Below, in pieces: positions 1 through 10,164 of a stretch of 64,000 nucleotides of DNA. Under the pieces are notes generated by a model. The model saw only the letters and a program-made list of their open reading frames with translations, searched no databases and was not told the origin of the DNA. The position numbers were made by a program, and so were the translations under genes. Position 1 is the first letter of the stretch; each line of letters opens with the position of its first letter. The DNA comes from Verrucomicrobiia bacterium (GTDB lineage: Bacteria > Verrucomicrobiota > Verrucomicrobiia > Palsa-1439), in NCBI GenBank assembly GCA_052146795.1, contig JBKQMH010000106.1, positions 390 to 64,389 of the forward strand, in the 5' to 3' direction.

Positions 1-749
1 GTGCCGCTCTCGACGCTCGTGCCAAGAAAACAGAGGTTCGTGCGCTCGATCGGAGACACCTTGTCACGCGCGTCGCGCGCGTCGCTCTTCTCCACGGGCA
101 GCGACTCGCCGGTGAGCGTCGCCTGAATGAGAAACAGATCCTTGGCCGAAACAAGGCGGACATCCCCGGGGATCATGTCGCCGGCGGACAGCTTGACCAC
201 GTCACCCGGCACGATCTCCCGCAACGGAATTTCCTTCGGCTGGCCGTCGCGGATGACGGTGGCGGTGACTTTGATCATCGCCTTGAGTTTGGCGGCGGCG
301 TTGTCGGCCCTGGTTTCCTGGATGAACCGTAGCGACAGGCCGAGCAACACCATCACCACCATCACGACTCCGCCGATAATATCGCTGCGGTCTTCCGCTG
401 TCGCGAAGGTCAGAATGGCGAGGATGGTGAGCAGGATGACGAGCGGGTTGATCGCGGCGGTACGCAACCGGTCCAACCACCCGTGCCGCTTCTCCTGCGC
501 GACTTCGTTGGGACCGTATTGCTCCAACCGGGCCGCAGCCTCTTCCCCGGTCAGGCCGGTGGGCGAAGTGCCGAGCTGTTGCAAGACTTCTGCGGCGTCC
601 TTCGTCGCCGCGTCGCGGACGGCATCCGAAACCCGATCGGAGACGCCGTTTTTCGCCCCGCGCGAAAACAGCTTCGCGCCTGCTGGCTTGACAAGGTCCT
701 CCGTCTCGACCGCGCCCGGCAGTTTGAAATTGGGTCGGAACAAGCTCAT
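1..749 (-). CDS. mgtA: Mg2+-transporting P-type ATPase, N-terminal part (runs off the window edge)
   Basis: Hand translation of the minus strand from ATG 749: PTGLTGEEAAARLEQYGPNEVAQE...LSAGDMIPGDVRLVSAKDLFLIQATLTGESLPVEK...NLCFLGTSVESG (TGES actuator motif). Confidence 0.85.
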   Translation of the reverse strand, partial: MSLFRPNFKLPGAVETEDLVKPAGAKLFSRGAKNGVSDRVSDAVRDAATKDAAEVLQQLGTSPTGLTGEEAAARLEQYGPNEVAQEKRHGWLDRLRTAAINPLVILLTILAILTFATAEDRSDIIGGVVMVVMVLLGLSLRFIQETRADNAAAKLKAMIKVTATVIRDGQPKEIPLREIVPGDVVKLSAGDMIPGDVRLVSAKDLFLIQATLTGESLPVEKSDARDARDKVSPIERTNLCFLGTSVESG

Positions 750-834
750 AATGCAAACGCCCCGTTTACATACACACGTCGGCAAAATTTTGCACGGAGA
801 ATTTTCGGGATTCGGCGGTGCGGGCGACGTCGCC

Positions 835-1770
835 CTACCCTTGCTGCTGATACCACGCGACGGCTTTCTCGATGCCTTCGCGAAATCCAACGCGAGGTTT
901 CCAGCCGAGGAGTTTCTCGGCCTTCGAGATGTCGGCCTGGCTGTGGAGGATATCGCCGGGGCGCGGCGGGTCAAACTTCGGCTGAACACGTTTGCCGAGA
1001 ATCTTGTTTACCGTGTCCACCAGATCCAATAGCGACACCCGGCCGCCGCAGGCGATGTTGAAGGCCTGCCCGAGCGCCTCCTTGGGGGCCTGACAGGCGA
1101 GCACGTTGGCGTCAATGATGTTTTCGACATGAGAGAAGTCGCGTGTCTGTTTTCCGTCGCCATAGATCGTCGGCGACTGGTCCTTCAGGATGGCGGTGAT
1201 GAACCGCGGGATGACGGCCGCGTATTGCGATTGCGGGTCCTGCCGCGGTCCAAACACATTGAAATACCGTAGCGAGACCGTCTCCAGCCCGTACAACTGA
1301 TGGAAGATGGTGCCGTAGTATTCTCCGGTGATCTTGTGGACGGCATACGGTGACAACGGCGATGGCGGCATATCTTCGCGCTTGGGCAACGTGGGCGTGT
1401 CGCCGTACACGCTCGATGAGGAACTGAACACCACGCGCCGGACACCCGCGTCCCGGGCGGCAATGAGCAGGTTCACCGTGCCCATGATGTTGGCTTCGCT
1501 CGTTGTCCGCGGGTCTTCCACCGAGCGGATCACGCTCGGTATCGCGCCCAGGTGCAGCACGAAGCGCACGCCGGTGACCGCGTGGGCCACCGCTTGGGGA
1601 TCGCGCAAATCACCTTCCACGATCTCCAATTTGTCGGCGAACATGCGGAGGTTCGTGCGCTTGCCGCTGGAGAAATTGTCGAGGATGCGCACGGGATGCC
1701 CCAACCCCACCAGGTGCTCGGCAATGTTCGAGCCGATGAACCCAGCTCCTCCTGTGACCAAGTAATCCAT
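835..1770 (-). CDS. NAD-dependent epimerase/dehydratase (SDR, WbpP-like UDP-hexose 4-epimerase)
   Basis: YLVTGGAGFIG Rossmann motif, SPYAVHK (YxxxK), LRYFNVFGPRQDP, YAAVIP. Confidence 0.9.
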   Translation of the reverse strand: MDYLVTGGAGFIGSNIAEHLVGLGHPVRILDNFSSGKRTNLRMFADKLEIVEGDLRDPQAVAHAVTGVRFVLHLGAIPSVIRSVEDPRTTSEANIMGTVNLLIAARDAGVRRVVFSSSSSVYGDTPTLPKREDMPPSPLSPYAVHKITGEYYGTIFHQLYGLETVSLRYFNVFGPRQDPQSQYAAVIPRFITAILKDQSPTIYGDGKQTRDFSHVENIIDANVLACQAPKEALGQAFNIACGGRVSLLDLVDTVNKILGKRVQPKFDPPRPGDILHSQADISKAEKLLGWKPRVGFREGIEKAVAWYQQQG

Positions 1771-1772
1771 GC

Positions 1773-3230
1773 TTATTCTCCCCTGCCTGCGGCGTTGTCG
1801 CGAATTGTATGCCCGGTTTCCGCGTCGTTGGACAGCGAAAAGAGATGCCACGCCGTATCGTCCGCCGCGACCTCGCCGAGGTTGGCCCGTGTCGCCGTGA
1901 ACAGATAGTCGGGTGTCTTGTTCCCCAACAGGCTCAATGGCAACCGCACGATCAAGTGATTGCCAAGACCGTTAACGATAGCATCATCCTCTTTCAACCG
2001 CCGGCTGCCGTCAAACACGTGCACGGTGCCGATCGGCGTAACGTTGATGTGGATCTTCGGCATCGCCGCAAAATCTTCCCCGCGCCGGTAACCGTAGAGG
2101 TGCAAATACACGTTGGCGCGTTTGCCCAGCCGGTTGCGGAGTGTGACCTGCGCAATCAGGTCGGTTCCCTGGCGCAGGTACGCGGTTTCCTCCAACTCCA
2201 TCGCAGCGAATTCCTCGTTGAAGAGCCGTTCCATATCGGGATGGTAAACCGAATCGGTGGCGCCAAAACCGATGACCTTGGTGCGCACCGCCTTTTTCCA
2301 GTCGATCACTGTGTCTGCGGGCACGACCGGCACGGGCAAGGGGTCGATCGCCGCAAAAATCTCGTTGGCGCGCGCGAACGAGACCAGATAATACTCGCGG
2401 GTGGTCAATTCCGTGCGATTCTTGATGATCGCGTTGTATTTGCGTTCCGTCTGCTCCGGTGTGAGCGGAATGGAAAACCATTCCCCGTCGTCCAACAACT
2501 GCCGGGGTGGCTTCAATTCCAATTCGGGATGGTAATGGTAGGGTGACGGCCAGCGGCCGAAGTGGATAATGTAATAGTAAATGCGCGGCGGGGGCTGTTC
2601 GGCGCTGACTTCCAGCGCGGCCAAGCGGACGAAATTCGCAGCCCCACGATGGTCAGAGTTGGTATCGGCCGGATGGGTGACAAAGACTCGGGTCGGCCGC
2701 AAGCGGCGAAACAACTCGACGAAATCCGCGACGGCGTTTTCGGGCGTATAGGGTTGCCCGAAGACGTAGGCTTGCTCGTACGGCACGGCGTTACTGAGGG
2801 TCGCGTCGCTGCGGTACGGCACCGGCTCGCGCCAATAATCCCGCCAGATGGACATCGTCCCGTAGTCCGGAAACCCGAGGAAGGTCAGTTGTTCCCGTGA
2901 CAGGCCGAGGATCGCCGTGGCCGCGACGGCTTCGCGCTGCCGCAAGTTGCCAAAAAAAAGATACTGCACCGGGTTGAGATGCAGGCTCAACTTGTAGAGC
3001 TTGAAAGCCAATTGGTTGTGGTCGCCGTTGGTGAGATAAATCACGTGTACTTCCGCCCCCACCGCACAGGCTTGCTGAATGATTCCGCCCGCCCCGAGCA
3101 CTTCGTCGTCGGGATGCGGCGCGACCACTACAATGCGATCCCGGGACGTGATGGGTGGAAAAGCCGGTTGCCCGAGCACAGGTACAACAGCCACAGCCAG
3201 CAGCAGCAGGATGGCTGCACCGCGGTGCAT
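1773..3230 (-). CDS. PIG-L/LmbE-family deacetylase with signal peptide and C-terminal extension
   Basis: APHPDDEVLGAGG, YLTNGD, THPADTNSDH motifs; hydrophobic N-terminus. Confidence 0.8.
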   Translation of the reverse strand: MHRGAAILLLLAVAVVPVLGQPAFPPITSRDRIVVVAPHPDDEVLGAGGIIQQACAVGAEVHVIYLTNGDHNQLAFKLYKLSLHLNPVQYLFFGNLRQREAVAATAILGLSREQLTFLGFPDYGTMSIWRDYWREPVPYRSDATLSNAVPYEQAYVFGQPYTPENAVADFVELFRRLRPTRVFVTHPADTNSDHRGAANFVRLAALEVSAEQPPPRIYYYIIHFGRWPSPYHYHPELELKPPRQLLDDGEWFSIPLTPEQTERKYNAIIKNRTELTTREYYLVSFARANEIFAAIDPLPVPVVPADTVIDWKKAVRTKVIGFGATDSVYHPDMERLFNEEFAAMELEETAYLRQGTDLIAQVTLRNRLGKRANVYLHLYGYRRGEDFAAMPKIHINVTPIGTVHVFDGSRRLKEDDAIVNGLGNHLIVRLPLSLLGNKTPDYLFTATRANLGEVAADDTAWHLFSLSNDAETGHTIRDNAAGRGE

Positions 3231-3231
3231 A

Positions 3232-4524
3232 TCACCTGCCGATGCTCTTGTAGACAAACCCCAACTCGGCCATCTTCTGCGGTTCGTACAGGTTGCGACC
3301 GTCGAATACAATGGGCTGGCTCATGACCGCGCGCAGTTTCTCCAGGTCGAGCTGACGGAATTCATCCCATTCGGTGCAGATGATCAGTCCGTCGGCTCCC
3401 GCCGCGGCGGCGTACGGACTCTCGCAAAACTCCACGCCCGGCAATACCTCGCGGGCCTTGTCCATCGCCTTGGGATCGTACGCGCGAATTTTTGCGCCTT
3501 CCTTCTGCAAGGTCCGGATGACCTCCAGCGACGGCGCGAGCCGCATATCATCCGTGTTCGGCTTGAACGCCAGCCCGAGGACGCCCAAGGTCTTGTCCTT
3601 CACAATCCACAATGTGTCGTGGACTTTCTTCAGGAAGTGCTGGATCTGGTCCGCATTGATTCGCTGCACTTCCTTGAGCAGGCGGAAATCGTAGCCCAGC
3701 GCTTCCGCGATGTGAACAAAGGCGCTCAGGTCCTTCGGGAAACACGAACCGCCATAGCCGAGACCCGCGTTGAGAAACGCCCGCCCGATGCGTTTGTCCA
3801 GGCCCATGCCGTTGACGACGTCGGAAATATTGGCGCCGCTGGCTTCGCAAATCACCGACAACGCATTGGCGTACGAAATTTTCAGGGCGAGAAATGAATT
3901 GCAGGCGTGCTTGATCAACTCCGCGCTGTTGATGTCCGTGACAATGATCGGCGCGTGGAACGGCGAATAAATCTCCTTCATTTTGGCGACGGGCCTCGGG
4001 CCGCCGACACCGATCACGATGCGATCCGGCTGCATGAGGTCCTGCACGGCGCAACCCTCCCGCAGGAACTCGGGATTGCTGACGACATCGAAGTCGACCT
4101 TGTGCTTGTTGTAGCGCTTGATGGTTTCCGCGACTTTCTCGCCCGTTTTGACCGGCACGGTGGATTTGTCCACAACAATCTTGTAGTCCGTCATGGTTCC
4201 GGCGATCTCCCGCGCCACCCGCTCAACAAAACTCATGTCCACCGAGCCGTCGGGATTTGGCGGCGTGGGCACGGCGATGAAGACCACCTCGGAATTCTTT
4301 ACCCCGTCGGCAATCTCGCCCGTAAAACGCAATCGTCCGGCAAGGACATTGCGTTTCACGATTTCCTCAAGGCCCGGCTCGTAAATGGGAATGCCGCCCG
4401 CCCGCAACACCTCCACCTTTTTCAAATCGTTATCCACGCAGATCACCTGATGGCCGACTTCGGCGAAACAAGCGCCGGTCACCAAACCCACATATCCCGT
4501 CCCCACAATGCTGATCTTCGGCAT
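3232..4524 (-). CDS. ugd: UDP-glucose 6-dehydrogenase
   Basis: GTGYVG, SNPEFLREG, GYGGSCFPKD, GLAFKPNTDDMR. Confidence 0.95.
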   Translation of the reverse strand: MPKISIVGTGYVGLVTGACFAEVGHQVICVDNDLKKVEVLRAGGIPIYEPGLEEIVKRNVLAGRLRFTGEIADGVKNSEVVFIAVPTPPNPDGSVDMSFVERVAREIAGTMTDYKIVVDKSTVPVKTGEKVAETIKRYNKHKVDFDVVSNPEFLREGCAVQDLMQPDRIVIGVGGPRPVAKMKEIYSPFHAPIIVTDINSAELIKHACNSFLALKISYANALSVICEASGANISDVVNGMGLDKRIGRAFLNAGLGYGGSCFPKDLSAFVHIAEALGYDFRLLKEVQRINADQIQHFLKKVHDTLWIVKDKTLGVLGLAFKPNTDDMRLAPSLEVIRTLQKEGAKIRAYDPKAMDKAREVLPGVEFCESPYAAAAGADGLIICTEWDEFRQLDLEKLRAVMSQPIVFDGRNLYEPQKMAELGFVYKSIGR

Positions 4525-4546
4525 ACTGTCGTTGTTTCCTCTCGAC

Positions 4547-7089
4547 TTAGTTCACCGCGATAACCGCTTCTGGATAGGCCTTCAACGTCACGCTGAAAAA
4601 CGCCGTCATCTCGCTGGGCGAGCTTCCCGCGATGTTCCGCTGACCAAGATACCGGAACCCGTAGGTAATGTACCAGTCGTGTGTTTCCTGACGCAAGGTG
4701 TACTCCTGCTCCTCCCATGTGCCATCCTGAAGGTCCACCCGCTCGTACAGGTGCGCCGTCCAGTGACGCGACAGTTTGTAGGCCCAGTCCACACTCACGA
4801 GGTTGCTGTCCCCCCGCAGGTATCTCGTGCCCACCCCCAGGGTCCAGCGGTCGGCATCGATCAGGCGCAACGCGGTGTTGAACTCGCGCATGATCCCGCC
4901 ATTGAGCTGATACCGCCCAAACGTGTCCAGCGAGAACCACCGGTACGGACGAAACTCCATGGTTCCAAAGAAATCGGAAAAATCAGTCTCGCCGGTCGTT
5001 TTCCCCACTTCATAATCCGTCCAGCCCGTTAGATCGACGAGATTCCACGCCTGATCGTCGCGCCGGGTTTGCAGCGTCTGGCGGAGCCCAAATCGCACCG
5101 TTTCCTCACCGGTAATCGAGTCGATCGTATTGTACGCCGGGAATTCCAGCGGCGAATAGCGTGTGACCGAGAGGCTGTCGCCCCCCAGCAGGGTCACATC
5201 GCGAACAGAATCGAATTGAAACAGGTCGTTGGTTGCGCGGTCGACATGCGGGATCCACTGGTAGTCCGCGAACGGTTGCAGGATATGCCGCAACCCGTCG
5301 ATGTGCAACCAGTCGCTGTGGACGTCGTCCCACTCACGCGAGATCTTGAAGGAAGTCTCCTCGCCCAGATCGTACACGACCCGTGTGACATTCCGCGTCT
5401 CCGGGGCATCGGATGGCGCCCGCGAATAGTAATCCCCGCGGATTCCCGCACGCGGAACCAGCGACAGCCAACCGCCCACCATTGACGGCACCACAATCTG
5501 ATGAAACGTGTCCGCCCGCACCGCGTTCCCGCGAAATCCGGGCTTTCCCCCGTGCCCACAATGTTGGTGGGGCCGGCCACGTCGTGGTATTGCCCGACGC
5601 TGCTTTCGCCTTCGTAGAAGAACGGGGTGTTGCCCAGGCGCGTTCGATCCACCGCCAGTTTCGCTTCCGGCAAACGTTCCACCTCGGTAAAAAACTTGTC
5701 GAACTGCGGCCGGACAAGAAACGACAGGGTATAGTCCGGCCCGGCCTTCGTGACGTCAGCGACCGAATAAGGTTAAATGTTGTGGTCGCACTCAGGGCGG
5801 AAATAATCGTGCATCATCTCGGCGTCACTCATTTTGTTGAGATCGACCGTGACCGTCACGTTATTGGTTAAATACTGCTTGTGCTGCCACTCAGCGCGAT
5901 AGCGGGCGGCGGAGTTGGTGACGAAGCCGGTGGCGGGAGCGTTGGTCACGCCGTGCGTCACGGTGGTCGCGCCGGGCTCGGACTTGTCCGGCTGCGAGTC
6001 GTCAATGAAGTAGCCGGTCAACAACCCCTGAGCTGCCGAACCGAACCGATATTTCAGGTCCGCGCCGGTGCCGAAGCCGCGTTCCGTCCGCTCATCGGCG
6101 TGAACCGTCAGGTCCATGTACTTGTTCGCTTTCCAGGTGAAACTGGACAGGATGAACGCTCCCCACAGCGAGTTGTCACCCACGCTCACCAGCATCGGCG
6201 GCATGTCTCCCTTCAGCGACCAGATCACGAGGGGCGACCAAAACACCGGTATGGTCCCCTGATGCACCGTGGCGTCGTGTAGTACGAGGCGATCTCCGGT
6301 CCACGTTTCGCCATGGTTCGCTTGCAGATAATAGCCAGGGTGCTCCAGATCGCTCGTGGTGACCGTACTACGCGCGAACACATAGTGGTTCGTGCCCACC
6401 TGCTCGAGGTTCTGGACATGCAGGTAGACGGGGTCAAAAAAACCGCTCGCATCGTCCGCTTTCAACCGCCGGGTGCCAAAGTTGTAGTACGCCGACGGCG
6501 CGATCCATTCCTGAACGCCCTGATTGATCCGGACATGGCCCTCGGCCCACGCTTCATTGGTCTGTTTGTTGAGCCGGACACGATCTGCCTGCAAGGTAAC
6601 GTCCTTGTCCTGCAGCACGACGTTCCCCTCCAAAATGGTCATCTTCGTGGTGTTGTCGAACGTCATCTTGTCGAAATGCATGATCGTTGGGCTCGCAGTC
6701 GAGACGGCTTCGTTCGTCGCAGGTTCCATAACCGCATTCGTCGCCGGCGCGACTGACGGGCTCGCGGTAGGCTCCGCAATCGAGTTGGTGGGTGGCTCAA
6801 CGACCATGTTCGTCGCGGCCTCGGCCGCCGAATTCGCCGCTGGTGCGATGGCAGCGCTGTTGGTTGACTCCGTGACGACATTGGTCGCCCGTCCGACAGT
6901 CGCATTCGTGGTTGTCTCGGTCGTGACATCCATCGGAGGACGGAACGACGGATTGGGGAGCGTCTCGGCTGCTGGATTGGTAGAAGGCTCAGGGGTCGCG
7001 TTGGTGGCGGCTGGCTCGTCGGCGCATACACTCATCGCCCAAGCCATCAACGCCGCTGCCAACCATAGGAATCGCCCCACTCTCCTCAT
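4547..7089 (-). pseudogene. lptD: LPS-assembly protein LptD, interrupted by an in-frame TAA (5773-5775) and a 1-base frameshift near 5528-5530 (possible assembly error)
   Basis: OstA-like N-domain (ILEGNVVLQDKDVTLQADRVRLN), beta-barrel strands with alternating hydrophobic residues; three ORF pieces join into about 847 aa. Confidence 0.75.
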
Positions 7090-7341
7090 AAAAGCGGGCG
7101 AACGCTAACACACCCCGCGTCGTGCCAGCAAGGCGAAAGCCCCAGCACTCCAAAGTACAAAAAAATCACCCCCATCCCATTCCTGCGAGGCGGATTCGCA
7201 AAACTGCGGGCGCAAGGGCTCCGTGACACCGGGCTACCCGTAAAAATACCCACAGTCCCGTAGTTTTCGAAATCCTTTATGATCGCGCACGAAGGTTGCT
7301 TCCCACCTACCCGCGTGAGCCAACAAATGGGAAACAACCAC

Positions 7342-7497
7342 ATGAAGAGATCAAGAATTCCTCCGGTGAAACTAACCGAGTGGGTTGAGTTCTGCTGGCT
7401 TTACGTCATCAACGCCGGTTTCCGGGCTGCGCCGAACAAGCGCAAAGCGTACTTCGAGCACCGCCTCGGCAAGATCTACAATCTGCCCTGCTTCTGA
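7342..7497 (+). CDS. Small hypothetical protein (51 aa, basic and aromatic)
   Basis: MKRSRIPPVKLTEWVEFCWLYVINAGFRAAPNKRKAYFEHRLGKIYNLPCF fills the gap between lptD and ridA. Confidence 0.4.
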   Translation: MKRSRIPPVKLTEWVEFCWLYVINAGFRAAPNKRKAYFEHRLGKIYNLPCF

Positions 7498-7557
7498 GTC
7501 CCGCCCCACGTCGCGCGTGAACTTCAGAATCTGGTTCTCTCGCTAAAGCCAGCCCGA

Positions 7558-7938
7558 TCACCGGGCGGCGACCACCTCGATCTCGACCAACGCGTCTTTT
7601 GGCAAGCGGGCGACCTGCACCGTGGAACGCGCTGGCGGCTCCTTGGTGAAATACTTCGCGTATACCTCATTCATCGCCGCGAAATTGGTCATGTCACTCA
7701 GAAAGACCGTGGACTTCACCACGTTGGCGAAATCCAGGCCCTGCGACTTTAACAGGCCCCGGATGTTTTCCAGAACGCGCGTCGCCTGCTCGGTGATCCC
7801 GCCCGCGACCATGTTTCCCGTGCCCGGATCAAGCGGGATTTGCCCCGCGCAAAACAAATAATCTCCGGCCCAGACCGCTTGGGAATAGGGTCCGACCGCC
7901 TTCGGAGCGGCATCGGTCGCCACAATTTGTCGTTTCAT
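7558..7938 (-). CDS. ridA: RidA/YjgF reactive intermediate deaminase
   Basis: APKAVGPYSQAV, GQIPLDP, PARSTVQVARLPKDALVEIE. Confidence 0.93.
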   Translation of the reverse strand: MKRQIVATDAAPKAVGPYSQAVWAGDYLFCAGQIPLDPGTGNMVAGGITEQATRVLENIRGLLKSQGLDFANVVKSTVFLSDMTNFAAMNEVYAKYFTKEPPARSTVQVARLPKDALVEIEVVAAR

Positions 7939-8417
7939 TCGCTTGTCTCCGTTGTTGGCACCGTCGAATCCTCCCGACACCACGCCAGCCACGCGGCGAT
8001 TGCCAGCAACACACCGTCTTCAGCCAGCGCCGTCACGCCTACCCTTCGCGCGTCGACGGTGCCGAAGCAGCCACAGCGGATGTCATAGCCGTGGGCCAGC
8101 GCCCAAGTGATGGCCGCCAGAAACATGACCATCATCGCGGTGATCACCACCGCGCTCGCGCGTTTCCAGATGCCAGCGACCAACAATCCGCCCGCCAGCA
8201 GTTCAATCCACGGCAGCGTGATCGCCACGAGGTTGTTCAACGCCCGTGGTGGTACGTGATAGTTGCCAACGGCCTGGGCGAATTGTGCCAAATCGGGAAC
8301 GTGTGAGAACTGTATTCCATGCGCGTGGCTTACCTGCACATTTCCAATCTTGGCGATGGCGGAAAAGACAAATATCCCGCCGATGATGAGCCGCAGAATC
8401 AGGTTCACGATCTTCAC
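7935..8417 (-). CDS. DoxX/MauE-family membrane protein
   Basis: LILRLIIGGIFVFSAIAK, LPWIELLAG, IRCGCFG; GTG start overlaps the upstream gene. Confidence 0.8.
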   Translation of the reverse strand: MKIVNLILRLIIGGIFVFSAIAKIGNVQVSHAHGIQFSHVPDLAQFAQAVGNYHVPPRALNNLVAITLPWIELLAGGLLVAGIWKRASAVVITAMMVMFLAAITWALAHGYDIRCGCFGTVDARRVGVTALAEDGVLLAIAAWLAWCREDSTVPTTETSE

Positions 8418-8935
8418 GGCTGATCCCCGGTGTGCGTCAGCAGTCCCGCCGTGTGCCACGTGGTCCAGCCGTTGACGAGCAGTCGCACGTCGTGATAGCC
8501 CAGTTCGTGGAGACGGTCCATCAGCCGATGACTCAGATCACAATCCATCCCATCGCAGTAGGCGACAATCGCCGACTCGGGCGTCAACATCGGTTGGATT
8601 TGCGGATAGTGGTCGTCGAATTCCTCAATCGGCAGGCTCAGCGCACCGGCGATGTGCCCGGCCCGATAGTCCGCCGTCGCGCGCGCATCGAGAAAAAACG
8701 CCGTCCCATTCCCCCAGAGTGCCTTCGCCTCTTCCAATGCCACCGTGGCACTGGCCTGTGGCGAAGCTTTCGGTGGCGTGATGATCGGGATTCGCCGCGG
8801 CGATATCGCGTTGGCCGCCAAACCCAGGGCGGCACCGGCCATCACGATCAGCAGCGATCGCCGGAGCGTGCACTCCATCCGTCCATCGGCCACGGTCGCC
8901 GGACGATGATCACCGGTATCGTAATCTTCCTTCAA
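8414..8935 (-). CDS. Rhodanese-like domain protein with N-terminal TM segment
   Basis: FLDARATADYRAGHIAGA, VAYCDGMDCDLS, LLVNGWTTW; start may be 8878. Confidence 0.8.
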   Translation of the reverse strand: MKEDYDTGDHRPATVADGRMECTLRRSLLIVMAGAALGLAANAISPRRIPIITPPKASPQASATVALEEAKALWGNGTAFFLDARATADYRAGHIAGALSLPIEEFDDHYPQIQPMLTPESAIVAYCDGMDCDLSHRLMDRLHELGYHDVRLLVNGWTTWHTAGLLTHTGDQP

Positions 8936-8938
8936 GTG

Positions 8939-10054
8939 CTACGGGTGGGGCCGCGTCGAACTGGTTCCCAGCACGATGATCGTCACCGGTACGACAATAT
9001 TCGTTTGTATCGCCATGTTCGTATTAAAACTGATCGAGCCGCGCTCCGATTGTTTCGGCGATTCCGTGAACTTGGCAACCACGGTATATACTTTCCCTGT
9101 CTCGACGGTCACCAGCTCGACCGTCAGGTTCGTCAAGCTGGTGCTTAAATTCGTGATCCGGAGGGGCTGATTAGTCTCCACCGCGGACACCTTGATCTGG
9201 CGGACCGGCAGCGCATCCTGTGCTGATGGCGATGACGATTCCGTGACCGGCCAGTACAGTTGATCGTGATCCAGCACGACGTCGCCAAGCAGGTGCGCAC
9301 TGACAGAGACGGTCGCTGCAGGCTGGCTGATGCCATCGAGAAAAACTTTCACATTTTCATTGATCGCCCGAGGGGCGCCGTCGGCATGGGCATCGATCAC
9401 GAGTTTGACGGACTGACCGTTCGAACCGTCAATGGGTTCCACATGCGCGGTCAGGAGTTTGCTACTGGGCTGGGTGCTCGCAATCACGAGCTTCTGGCCG
9501 TCAGTCCGACGCAATACCGCACTCAGGTTGGTGCTGGTCCCTTGGTGGATGGCTCCCAAGCTAAACTGTTGGGGCGTGGCTTCAATGATTTGCTTCATGT
9601 CGACTTTGACCGACAGGCTTATGCTCGGGCTCTGCGGGTCGTTGGAGGGGACGGTAATGTGCTTCTCCAACTGGCCGCGCTGGCCGCCGACACGGACGGT
9701 GAAAACCAGTTCCCCTTTTTCGCCCGGCTTCAGGACATCGGGCTTCACGCTGGCGACCGTACAGCCACAGGATGGCTGGGGCTTGCTAAGCTTCAGGTCG
9801 GCGGCACCAATATTCTGATACGTGAACGTGCCGGTCACGGAGTCCACCAGCGACGTTGTGCCGAAATTGTACACGGTCTTGTTGAACTGGATTTTGGGGG
9901 CGGCCGCTGGTGGTGTCGCCACTGCCGCCGCAGTGTTGGTTCCGGCCGCCCGGATTTTGGGGGCCGCTGCCGCCGGGGTGTTGGTTCCGTCCGCGCGGGC
10001 GACGCCAATTGTCGCCATCGCCATTACGATCGCTGCCAGCAATTGTCGCTTCAT
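8939..10054 (-). CDS. Secreted DUF1573-like Ig-fold repeat protein
   Basis: Signal peptide; FTYQNIGAADLKLSKPQPSCGCTVA...VLKPGEKGEL typical of DUF1573; further Ig-like repeats. Confidence 0.75.
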   Translation of the reverse strand: MKRQLLAAIVMAMATIGVARADGTNTPAAAAPKIRAAGTNTAAAVATPPAAAPKIQFNKTVYNFGTTSLVDSVTGTFTYQNIGAADLKLSKPQPSCGCTVASVKPDVLKPGEKGELVFTVRVGGQRGQLEKHITVPSNDPQSPSISLSVKVDMKQIIEATPQQFSLGAIHQGTSTNLSAVLRRTDGQKLVIASTQPSSKLLTAHVEPIDGSNGQSVKLVIDAHADGAPRAINENVKVFLDGISQPAATVSVSAHLLGDVVLDHDQLYWPVTESSSPSAQDALPVRQIKVSAVETNQPLRITNLSTSLTNLTVELVTVETGKVYTVVAKFTESPKQSERGSISFNTNMAIQTNIVVPVTIIVLGTSSTRPHP

Positions 10055-10164
10055 GGTGGTTCCTGTAGTCTCCGTTTTCGTTGAACTTGGTATCGTTCAT
10101 ATCCTACTAGGCCCTCGACCGTCTGACAAGTGCAACTATTTGCCCATTTCACGCGGAAAATGAG

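Noticed and set aside
127-1032. 301-aa plus-strand ORF and many similar long ORFs (e.g. 11151-12662, 13151-14701, 18090-19625, 59684-60937)
   Set aside because: Antisense shadows of well-supported genes in high-GC DNA; no motifs of their own.
7190-7250. GGGCGCAAGGGCTCCG...GGGCTACC resembling a c-di-GMP-I riboswitch
   Set aside because: Lacks the GCAAAC/GAAA tetraloop-receptor arrangement; similarity too weak.
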